From an uncultured bacterium (lineage in GTDB: Bacteria > Latescibacterota > MWCZ01): 36,252 nucleotides of DNA. Numbering within the stretch: the stretch's first letter is position 1; the number at the start of each line of letters is the position of its first letter. Shown here one piece after another: positions 26,042-33,734 of this stretch. The notes under the pieces were generated by a model, which searched no databases, was not told the origin of the DNA, and saw nothing but the letters and a program-made list of their open reading frames with translations. Location: assembly GCA_964606675.1 (NCBI GenBank), contig CAZSJP010000001.1, positions 1 to 36,252 of the forward strand. Reading direction: 5' to 3'. The position numbers and the translations under genes are program-made.

Positions 26042-27208
26042 ATGTACACAGCGCTGTTGGCTGTAGTTGGCTTGGCCGCGATTCTCCTACTCTTCTTCTT
26101 CGTCCGGCGAGCTGTCTTCGTCAGCATCAGGCAGGACGAGCTCGCCATAGTGCTCAGGCGTGGCCGCGTGACGGGCAGGGTACTTGGCCCCGGCCAATAC
26201 TGGTTGAGGCCGGTCACCGACACCATAGAGCGATACCCGCGCCGCGAGCTTACTTACATGACCGTAAGAAGCGAAACGTACGAGAGAGTTCAGGCGGGGG
26301 AGCTACAGGAAGTGGCACGGAGCACAAACTACATCGGAGTGCCGCTCACGGTAACAACCGAGGATGGAGCCAGGGGAGACATACTTTACACTCTGAGATT
26401 CCGAATCGATTCAGATCGACTATCGGTTACACACGAGAAGCTCGGCAGGGCGGGCATCGAAAGGGTGGTGACTCAGGAGAGCCGCCACGTAGTGCGGGCC
26501 ACGATGAGGGAGAATGATTACTCCGCAATCAAGCTCCTGCAGTCAGAGAGCAAGTCCGTAGAGGCAGCGGTGACGGAGCGGCTAGCCGGTCGCCTTGAAG
26601 TGTATGGCCTCGACCTGACGCACTTCGGGTTCAGGGAGCCGGACCTCGCGGAAGCCGGCGATCTGCTGAATCGTGAGATGATAATGAACAAGGAGAAGGA
26701 TATTGAGTTGGAGGAGACCCGCAAGGCACTTGAGATAGAAACGGCGAAAAGCGAGCTGCACGCTGAGACGGAGCGCAGGTCATCTGAGCACACCGTCTCG
26801 GAAGCAGATGCGTTCGCGGAGGCGCGCAAACGAGAGATGGCCGCTGACGCGTACGAGATCAGGCAGCAGGCGGAGGCCAAGGAAGAGGCGGAACGGCGCG
26901 AGATAGAGACGGAGGCGCTCCGCATCAACGAACTAGCGGACGCTCGGAGGAAGGCTGCCGAGGGCGAAGCTAAGGGCAACCAAGCCGTCGCGGAAAGCCT
27001 GACTAAGTCGCTCATCGACTACCGGTCGCAGCAGGCCGAGTGGGAGGTGCAGCAGTCGGCGGCCGGGCGGTGGGACGGCAAGTTGCCGATCCTCTCAGGC
27101 CAGAACCCGTTCACGTTCGCGAGCCTTACCGACGCGATTACCGCGATGATAGATCGGGAGCCATCCAGGACTGGGAAAGAGGGTGCTGATCAAGAGGAGG
27201 TGATATAG
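26042..27208 (+). CDS. SPFH/band-7 (flotillin/prohibitin-like) membrane protein with a long coiled-coil tail
   Basis: N-terminal TM helix MYTALLAVVGLAAILLLFFFV and an SPFH-like core (VFVSIRQDELAIVLRRGRV...GPGQYWLRPV). The C-terminal E/K/R/A-rich region has heptad character. ATG 26042 is preceded by GGAGGG. Confidence 0.8.
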   Translation: MYTALLAVVGLAAILLLFFFVRRAVFVSIRQDELAIVLRRGRVTGRVLGPGQYWLRPVTDTIERYPRRELTYMTVRSETYERVQAGELQEVARSTNYIGVPLTVTTEDGARGDILYTLRFRIDSDRLSVTHEKLGRAGIERVVTQESRHVVRATMRENDYSAIKLLQSESKSVEAAVTERLAGRLEVYGLDLTHFGFREPDLAEAGDLLNREMIMNKEKDIELEETRKALEIETAKSELHAETERRSSEHTVSEADAFAEARKREMAADAYEIRQQAEAKEEAERREIETEALRINELADARRKAAEGEAKGNQAVAESLTKSLIDYRSQQAEWEVQQSAAGRWDGKLPILSGQNPFTFASLTDAITAMIDREPSRTGKEGADQEEVI

Positions 27209-27483
27209 AGAGCCGTAGGTCTATCGCTCTCAGATCCCTTGTCGCGTGATGTCGTGGCGAGTACCGCACCGAGTGCGCATGCGATCGTCTGTAGGCCTCA
27301 CCCCCGACCAGCATGTCTTGCGTCCCCCCAGACCGGCACTCGCTACCACGAGCCTGGTCGCCGATATCTCGACGTGATCTTCCATCAGGTTGTCCACACG
27401 CGGCATCGGAGGGGTAGGGCATGGTCGCCTACGGCGACCACGCGTGCCACTCCCTCTTCGGGTTGGAGACACGGTTGGCCAGG

Positions 27484-27565
27484 GCGCGGTCTAACCGCGT
27501 GCAGATCAGCCCTCGACTGAAGTCGAGGGCGAGGTGTTTTCAGGGGCGCAATGCTTTGCGCCCCT
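27484..27565 (+). promoter_or_regulatory. three consecutive stem-loops in the 5' leader of paralogue B
   Basis: The three stem-loops are GCGCGGT-CTA-ACCGCGT (27484-27500), a perfect 9-bp stem GCCCTCGAC-TGAA-GTCGAGGGC (27509-27530), and a perfect 10-bp stem AGGGGCGCAA-TGCT-TTGCGCCCCT (27542-27565). The last ends 64 nt before the GTG start. Confidence 0.35.
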
Positions 27566-27628
27566 CTTGCATCTCCGCCTGGAAGCATCGGACGCAGATA
27601 CGGAAACACATAGAAGGGGAGCGATACC

Positions 27629-29332
27629 GTGAAGAGGCTGAACAACCTAGTCATCGAACTGGCTGCCGAAGAGGACCTTGCCGCCGGCGCCGAACTAAAG
27701 ATTTCGAACCCGCGCGAAGGGTGGGTGTACTTGCGAGCCGCCAGACCGGACGCGAAGCTGGCTATCGATGGCGACGGGATATCGCTGCGATCCGTCTGCG
27801 GCGCCGAAGAGACGATGCGTTATCTGCCCGAGGGCGAATTCACTGTGACGGCGGCAGGCGGCGCGAGCGGCCTCGTCGTGCGAGCCGTGCCTGAGCTGAT
27901 GTTCTGCAAGTACCAGTACAACCCTATGGTGCCGGAGTACGGACCGTACGATTGGGAGTTCTTGAAGCGGTACGTGCTGGACCATGTCAACACCGTGATC
28001 GGTGGCTTCTCCGACGAGCAGGTTCCGCGCATCGTCGAATGGAAAGAGCGTAGCGGCAAGTGGATCGTCGAGGGTAGCCTGCCCGGCGAACAGGATGAGA
28101 TCGCCGATGTCGAGGAGAACGTCGCCGCCTGGAGCGAAGGTCCCGGCATGCAGGAGCCGCTCTGCGACGGTATTCTGCTCGACGAGTTCTTCAGCGGCGA
28201 TAGAGCGGCATTTCCCGGCCGGACGGAGACCGTCAGGCGCCTGGCGGCCGACCCGCGATACGCCGGCAAAAAGGTATATCCCTACTGCGGCTCGCACTAC
28301 CCAGATCGCGACGATTGGGGTGCCTTCGACGAGAACGACGCGACCAACTCGAGCGTGCCGTTCTATCGTGCCGTCTTCGAGAGTGGCTACCGTGTCGCCT
28401 GGGAGCGGTACATGCAGGAGCGTCACGACGAAGACGTGGCGCAGGAACACATCGAGGACAAGATGGGCCGGTCGATGAGAGCGTGGCGCGCGGTGTACCC
28501 CGACGCCGCCGAAAACATGATCGTGGTGCTGGGGTACATGTCCGTCGGCTTCGCGCTCAACTGCCATCCGTCGGTCGACATGAAGGCCTACTACGACATG
28601 CAGTTTCGATACATGGCCACCGCCCCCGAGTTCGAGGGGCTATACGGCATCACGGGGTGGACGTCGGGCTACGCCGAGGCCGAAACGCTCAAGTGGACCG
28701 CGCGCCTTTACCGCCACTACGGAATCGAGGGCAACACCGAGCCGCTCTGCGATCGATTCGGCTATACCTATCGCCTCGATCACATCAGGAACCCCGACTT
28801 CGCTCAGCATTGGGAGGGTTGGTCGGTGCCGGTCAGCATCGAACGCAATTGTTCCGTCAAGAGCATCGGCGGCTACAGCATGCTGCAAGGCCGATGGCAG
28901 CACACGGCGGTTGGCGACACGTCGCTGCTGCTGAAGCGGAGCGCCGAGCGTCCGAACGCGGTGTCGCAGCCGATCAGGAAGCTGGTTCCGGGCGAGCTGT
29001 ACTCGGTGAAGATGATAACGGCAGACTATCACGATTTCCTCGGAGGCGTGTCGGCCCAGAAGAAGCACGCCGTCGGATTCGAGATCGAGGGCGGCGAGGT
29101 GCTGCCCGAGCCAACGTTCCAGAGCGTCGTGGGGCATCATCCGACGATAAAGCACGAGCGTTTCAGCCCGGAGAATCGCTTCTACTTCAACCATCACCAC
29201 GTCGTGTTCAGAGCGACCGCGGAGACGGGCGAACTGACCATCACCGATTGGCCCGGCTCAATGGACCGAGGCCCGGTCGGGCAGGAGATCATGGTGAACT
29301 TCGTAGAGCTGCAGCCTTACTTCAGTGGGTAG
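27629..29332 (+). CDS. 567-aa protein of unknown function, paralogue B
   Basis: GTG start is preceded by AAGGGGA. It is collinear with paralogue A over its whole length, sharing KRLNNLV.ELA, NPREGW, ETMRYL, VPEL..CK, EYGPY, DEFFSGD, YPY.GSH.PD.DDW, AWERY.QERH, PEF.GLYGI, ARLYRHYGIEGNT, NP.F...EGW and GQE.M.N.VEL.PYF. Confidence 0.85.
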   Translation: MKRLNNLVIELAAEEDLAAGAELKISNPREGWVYLRAARPDAKLAIDGDGISLRSVCGAEETMRYLPEGEFTVTAAGGASGLVVRAVPELMFCKYQYNPMVPEYGPYDWEFLKRYVLDHVNTVIGGFSDEQVPRIVEWKERSGKWIVEGSLPGEQDEIADVEENVAAWSEGPGMQEPLCDGILLDEFFSGDRAAFPGRTETVRRLAADPRYAGKKVYPYCGSHYPDRDDWGAFDENDATNSSVPFYRAVFESGYRVAWERYMQERHDEDVAQEHIEDKMGRSMRAWRAVYPDAAENMIVVLGYMSVGFALNCHPSVDMKAYYDMQFRYMATAPEFEGLYGITGWTSGYAEAETLKWTARLYRHYGIEGNTEPLCDRFGYTYRLDHIRNPDFAQHWEGWSVPVSIERNCSVKSIGGYSMLQGRWQHTAVGDTSLLLKRSAERPNAVSQPIRKLVPGELYSVKMITADYHDFLGGVSAQKKHAVGFEIEGGEVLPEPTFQSVVGHHPTIKHERFSPENRFYFNHHHVVFRATAETGELTITDWPGSMDRGPVGQEIMVNFVELQPYFSG

Positions 29333-29390
29333 CCTGCGGGCCCGCGGCCATCGAACGTGCCCGGCGATTCACCGGGCGAGCGAGGCGCAG

Positions 29391-30263
29391 ATGAAACCAG
29401 CGTGGGACGATCTGGAGCTTAACGGCATCGACCTGCACTTCCATGCGGGCACCGAACGGCTGGCGGAGTATTCACTCGCCGACGTGGTCGCTTATGCTCG
29501 CGCAACGGGACGTAAGGTGCTGGGCCTCACCGATCATTGGGGCCGATACGTTCGTCCGTCGAAGAAGGAACTTCGCCACTACACGGGTGATGCTTCCGGT
29601 TACGCGCACTTCGCGGCGGACGTGGCCGATGTAAGAACGAAGTACCCCGACGTGGCGATCGCTTTCGGGCCGGAGATACCCCTTTCCGACATCATCGACG
29701 GCAACTGCGACGCTGCGTTCGAGCCATCCGAAGTCGACTATTTCATGGGCGAACAGGGCGGCAGCGGCCCGAGCGACACAATCGGCGAGGAATACATAGC
29801 AGGAATGGAGCACATGGCTCGGCTTCGCGACCGGGTCGGCAGGCCGTGCTTCATCGCGCACCCGTTGCGCAGCCGCGTGAACTACTACGTGGGGAAGACA
29901 GGCCCCGGCCCGAAATACCCAGCGCAACCGGCGGGCGGCCCTCTTGCACATTGCGCCGACCCGTTGGCTCACGTCGACGAACTGTTCGGCATGAGCACTC
30001 GGGATCTCGCACGGGCATCGGTCGAGTACGACGTGCCGATGGAGATCAATGAGTCGAGTTGGGGGCGTATACTCGGGCAGAACCAGGAGTGGTTCGCCGA
30101 GCGCTATCTGTTCTTCTTCCGGGCGATGCTCGATATGGGCGCGGAGGTCGTGCTCGGCAGCGACCAGCACAGCGTCGAAGCGGGGGCATGCACGCCGTTT
30201 GCGGTGGCGAAGATGCTCGGCGTCAAGCCCGGCGACGTGAAGTTCTTGCGGCATTGGGTGTAG
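29391..30263 (+). CDS. PHP-domain metal-dependent phosphoesterase/hydrolase, paralogue 1 (290 aa)
   Basis: PHP motifs: GIDLHFHAGTE, LGLTDHW, FIAHPLR, MEINES and VLGSDQH (compare the GSDAH motif). ATG 29391. Confidence 0.8.
   Translation: MKPAWDDLELNGIDLHFHAGTERLAEYSLADVVAYARATGRKVLGLTDHWGRYVRPSKKELRHYTGDASGYAHFAADVADVRTKYPDVAIAFGPEIPLSDIIDGNCDAAFEPSEVDYFMGEQGGSGPSDTIGEEYIAGMEHMARLRDRVGRPCFIAHPLRSRVNYYVGKTGPGPKYPAQPAGGPLAHCADPLAHVDELFGMSTRDLARASVEYDVPMEINESSWGRILGQNQEWFAERYLFFFRAMLDMGAEVVLGSDQHSVEAGACTPFAVAKMLGVKPGDVKFLRHWV
29955..30171 (+). repeat. near-identical tract shared with 30968-31184 (copy 1)
   Basis: At a constant offset of 1013 nt I count about 7 mismatches in ~217 nt. This includes a perfect 108-nt run (29999-30106 = 31012-31119). 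The 5' halves of the two genes are clearly more diverged. Confidence 0.85.
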
Positions 30264-30403
30264 GTGGTGGTGTCGTCGTTGAAGTAGCCGACCACAGCAC
30301 CCGGCTATTCCGAACGCAGTGAGGAACCCCTATCATGTCGAGATGCTGCCTCATTTCAACGGGGGCTCTTCGGCCAGCAGACATCGAACCTCAAGAGGCG
30401 CAC

Positions 30404-31276
30404 ATGACACCTGTATGGGACGATCTTCAGCTCAACGGCATCGATCTGCACTTCCACGCGGGCACCGAAAGGCCTGAGCCGTACTCGTTGGACGACGTCA
30501 TTTCCTATGCTCGAGCAACGGGCCGTCGCGTGCTGGGCATCACCGATCACTGGCGTCGGTACACTCATCCGGCGAGAAAGCAGCTTCATCACTACGCCCC
30601 CGATATGTCGGGTTTCGCACAGTTCGCGGCAGACGTGGCGGAGGCCCGCGAGGCGCACACGGACATGGCCATCGCTTTCGGGCCGGAGGTACCTCTCCCC
30701 GACATCGTCGAAGGGAATTGCGGGGAGGCATTCCGGGTGCCCGAAGTCGACTACTTCATGGGCGAACCGGGCAGCGTCGGTACCGGGACCGGCGTCGGCA
30801 AAGAGTTCGTGACGGCGATCGGGTACATGGCGCGGCTTCGCGACCGGGTTGACAGACCTTGCTTCCTGGCGCACCCGCTGCGCGGTTGGGTGAACTACTA
30901 CATAGGGGCGACGGGCGTAGGGCCAAAACACCCCGAACGGCCACCGGGTCGTCCGCTTGCTCAGTATGCCGACCCGCTGGCTCACGTCGACGAGTTGTTC
31001 GGCATGAGCATTCGGGATCTCGCACGGGCATCGGTCGAGTACGACGTGCCGATGGAGATCAATGAGTCGAGTTGGGGGCGTATACTCGGGCAGAACCAGG
31101 AGTGGTTCGCCGAGCGCTACCTGTTCTTCTTCCGGGCGATGCTCGATATGGGCGCCGAGGTCGTGCTCGGTAGCGACCAGCACAACGCCGAGGCCGGCGC
31201 GTGCACGCCGTTCACGGTCGCCAAGATACTCGGCGTCACCCCCGGCGACGTGAAGTTCTTGCGGTATTGGCTCTGA
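30404..31276 (+). CDS. PHP-domain metal-dependent phosphoesterase/hydrolase, paralogue 2 (290 aa)
   Basis: It has the same motifs and the same length as paralogue 1. ATG 30404 (MTPVWDDLQLNGIDLHFHAGTE). Confidence 0.8.
   Translation: MTPVWDDLQLNGIDLHFHAGTERPEPYSLDDVISYARATGRRVLGITDHWRRYTHPARKQLHHYAPDMSGFAQFAADVAEAREAHTDMAIAFGPEVPLPDIVEGNCGEAFRVPEVDYFMGEPGSVGTGTGVGKEFVTAIGYMARLRDRVDRPCFLAHPLRGWVNYYIGATGVGPKHPERPPGRPLAQYADPLAHVDELFGMSIRDLARASVEYDVPMEINESSWGRILGQNQEWFAERYLFFFRAMLDMGAEVVLGSDQHNAEAGACTPFTVAKILGVTPGDVKFLRYWL
30968..31184 (+). repeat. near-identical tract shared with 29955-30171 (copy 2)
   Basis: See copy 1. Confidence 0.85.
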
Positions 31277-31296
31277 ATGTTGCCAAGGAGACACAC

Positions 31297-32226
31297 GTGA
31301 TCGAGAAGTTCGTGCATAGCCCCGCGCTGGAGGGCAACTTCCTGGGCGACTCTCCGGACCGGGAGGTCCTGGTCTACCTGCCGCCGGGCTACGAGAGCGA
31401 CGGCGGCGTCCGCTATCCGGTGCTGTACTTGCTCCACGGCTACCCCGGTGAGCGTGGCGGACGGTGGGAGTTCGTCGCCGAGATCGCCGATAGGATGATC
31501 GGGGATGGGCGAATTCGTCCGCTGATTCTCGTCGCGCCGCACTCGCGTGCGGGGTGCTTCTACGCGAACTCACCGGTTGTGGGCAACTGGGCCGACTTCA
31601 TCTCGCGCGATCTGGTGAGCGATGTCGACGCCGAGTACCGCACCCTGGTAGAGCCGTCGTCGCGTGGAATCGCGGGACACTCGATGGGTGGATACGGCGC
31701 GATGGCGCTCGCGATGGAGCATCCGGACGTGTTCGGTGCCGTCTACAGCCTGAGCGGCCTGCTCGGTTCGGTCGACGGCGACCGCCTCGCGACGTCGGAC
31801 TCGTGGCCGGACATCCTGAACATGGCCCGGTTTCCATCGAACGACGATTTCGCGGCGATGAGCGAGTTCGTCATGGCCGCAGTCTGGTCGCCGAACATGG
31901 AGAATCCGCCGCTCCACGTCGATCTGCCCGTTTGGCTGGTCGACGGCCAAGTCGTTCCGGTCGAATCGGTCGTGGCAAGGTGGCAGTCGGAGACGCCGGT
32001 CGGCATGCTCGACGCCTTTGGCGCGAACCTGCGTCGTCTGGCGGGCGTAAGGCTCGACATCGGCACCGACGACTGGCTGCTCGACGGCAATCGGGAGTTC
32101 GCCGGCGCTCTGGCCGATTCCGACATACCGCACGTCTACGAGGAATACGACGGCGACCACGGCAACAGGTTGGTCGAGCGGGTCGAGACGCACGTGCTGC
32201 CGTTCTTCTCAGAGGCGCTGGCGTAA
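31297..32226 (+). CDS. alpha/beta-hydrolase esterase (esterase D / 'putative esterase' family)
   Basis: YPVLYLLHGYPG, nucleophile elbow GHSMGG, and C-terminal DGDHG. GTG 31297 is preceded by AAGGAG (31284-31289). Confidence 0.85.
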   Translation: MIEKFVHSPALEGNFLGDSPDREVLVYLPPGYESDGGVRYPVLYLLHGYPGERGGRWEFVAEIADRMIGDGRIRPLILVAPHSRAGCFYANSPVVGNWADFISRDLVSDVDAEYRTLVEPSSRGIAGHSMGGYGAMALAMEHPDVFGAVYSLSGLLGSVDGDRLATSDSWPDILNMARFPSNDDFAAMSEFVMAAVWSPNMENPPLHVDLPVWLVDGQVVPVESVVARWQSETPVGMLDAFGANLRRLAGVRLDIGTDDWLLDGNREFAGALADSDIPHVYEEYDGDHGNRLVERVETHVLPFFSEALA

Positions 32227-32394
32227 AGCACCGACTCGCCGCGGCAGCTCGCCGGGTCCGATGGCCTTCTCTGCACGTTTGCGCACCTCACGTAATCCGC
32301 ATCACTTCCTCCATCGGATGTTCACGGTACATTTGTTGCAAACTCAACGGATCAAAGGAATGCTTCACAGCGTCCACATAGGAGAGTTCCGCAG

Positions 32395-33249
32395 ATGAAA
32401 TGTTTCCTGATTCTACTGTGCAGTGCTGCGATTGCGCTCTACGCCTGCAGCAGCAATCCAGCCAGTGACGGCGGCAACATGGGCACTGTGAAGATCGAAG
32501 CGTTCGACAACACTCTTGCGTCCGACCAAGGCGGAAGACCGGGCGACGTGCCGAGGAACGTCGAGCATGTGAACCTCACCGTCAGGTCTGTCAGTGTCCA
32601 CAACTCGGAGACCGGAGTGTGGGACACACTCGCCGAGCCGAACGCGACACTCGATTTCCTTGACCTCATCAACGGTGCTACAGCCTTGCTTGCGGAATCT
32701 CCTCTCGCGGTTGGCACCTACTCGCAACTTCGCCTTGTGCTTTCAGACAGCAATGAGGTCGTCATCGATGGCCAGTCGCATCCTCTCGTGGTTCCCAGTG
32801 GCGAGCAGTCCGGTGTGAAGGTCAATCTGGGATTCAGCATTCAGGTCGACGAGATCGTCGAGATATACATAGATTTCGACGTACCTCGATCTGTGAAATG
32901 GAATCCCAATCGGTACAGCCTCCGTCCGACGTTCAAGGCGTTCAAGAAGATTCTCTCCGGTACCGTATCGGGCGTCGTGACAGATACAAGCGGGGCATTC
33001 GTTCCGAATGCGTCGGTTCACGCCGTATCGAACGGCGACAGCACGACGACGGTAACGACCGACGAGGGGGCTTTCAAGTTCATCCTCCTTGCGGGTACGT
33101 ACGATATCGCCGCGTCGGCTGAATCGTACGAGGGCGCGAATACCTCCTACACCGGCGTGCAGGTCGCGGCCGAGGACACACTGCCGGAACTCTTGGCGCT
33201 GTCGTCTCAACCGCGTGTCCATCATCAACTTCCTCAGCTTGGGTGGTGA
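32395..33249 (+). CDS. lipoprotein with a DUF4382-like domain and a carboxypeptidase-regulatory-like beta-sandwich
   Basis: Lipoprotein signal MKCFLILLCSAAIALYAC. The DUF4382-like pattern comprises VNLTVRSVSVHN...WDTL, LDFLDLINGA, GTYSQLRLVL, LVVPSGEQSGVKV and IDFDVPRSV. A GTVSGVVTDTSGAFVPNASV CarboxypepD_reg-like segment follows. AGGAGAG RBS. Confidence 0.8.
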   Translation: MKCFLILLCSAAIALYACSSNPASDGGNMGTVKIEAFDNTLASDQGGRPGDVPRNVEHVNLTVRSVSVHNSETGVWDTLAEPNATLDFLDLINGATALLAESPLAVGTYSQLRLVLSDSNEVVIDGQSHPLVVPSGEQSGVKVNLGFSIQVDEIVEIYIDFDVPRSVKWNPNRYSLRPTFKAFKKILSGTVSGVVTDTSGAFVPNASVHAVSNGDSTTTVTTDEGAFKFILLAGTYDIAASAESYEGANTSYTGVQVAAEDTLPELLALSSQPRVHHQLPQLGW

Positions 33250-33300
33250 CAACGTCATGACATTCCACATCTAGCGTGAGCTCTCGCCTCGCTCAAGCCA

Positions 33301-33490
33301 CAACATCGTCCACCGACCGAAACACGGTCTCCAGCACTCTACTTGCTTCACGGCTACCCCGGTGAGCGTGGCGCACGACGTTCGCCCGTTTGCCGTAACT
33401 CCGCCCATAAATGCGTATCTTTGCACCGAGCACAAGCCAATCCGAGGTCACTCCTTCGCTTTGCGAGCGGCATTCAATGTGGAGGCTTGG
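33301..33490 (+). pseudogene. relic of a second esterase copy
   Basis: 33340-33373 matches esterase gene positions 31426-31459 at 33 of 34 nt. It translates PALYLLHGYPGERGA versus PVLYLLHGYPGERGG in the intact gene. Downstream similarity is only vague, with a possible RGHSFA remnant of the GHSMGG elbow in a shifted frame. Confidence 0.35.
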
Positions 33491-33491
33491 C

Positions 33492-33614
33492 ATGGTCACT
33501 GACGGAGTCACCGAAGTCATACTATACGTTGCAGCCCTTGTCGTTGGCGCCATAGCGTTTCTGCCGATCATCGCGTGGCGGAAGCGCGATCACCGGCGCG
33601 AAGAGCATAGGTAG
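33492..33614 (+). CDS. candidate 40-aa single-pass membrane peptide
   Basis: GGAGG (33481-33485) lies 6 nt upstream of ATG 33492. The product is MVTDGVTEVILYVAALVVGAIAFLPIIAWRKRDHRREEHR*: one hydrophobic helix followed by a basic tail. There is no comparative support. Confidence 0.35.
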   Translation: MVTDGVTEVILYVAALVVGAIAFLPIIAWRKRDHRREEHR

Positions 33615-33734
33615 CGTTCGGCAAGGCGTGCGCACGTTTGTGGTCCGGCAAAGCGGCAGGCGCGGAGTCTGCGGCATCGCCGGAGGCGACAAGAGCACAC
33701 TCCCAACGTGCGCACCAGCGCACGACGCAGTCGA

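Noticed and set aside
27694-27710. TTCGAACCC string resembling a tRNA T-arm
   Set aside because: It lies inside the paralogue B coding frame (KISNPREGW, conserved in paralogue A). No acceptor or anticodon arms can be built around it.
30356-31573. 405-aa minus-strand ORF opposite PHP paralogue 2 and the esterase (also 29472-30254 and 14970-16031 opposite other genes)
   Set aside because: These are Arg/Pro-rich antisense shadows that span two real plus-strand genes.
33629-33714. 11-nt inverted repeat GTGCGCACGTT ... AACGTGCGCAC between the convergent small ORF and the Kelch gene, considered as a bidirectional terminator
   Set aside because: The arms are ~65 nt apart with no adjacent T/A tracts. 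GTGCGCAC is itself palindromic, so a chance occurrence in GC-rich DNA is plausible.
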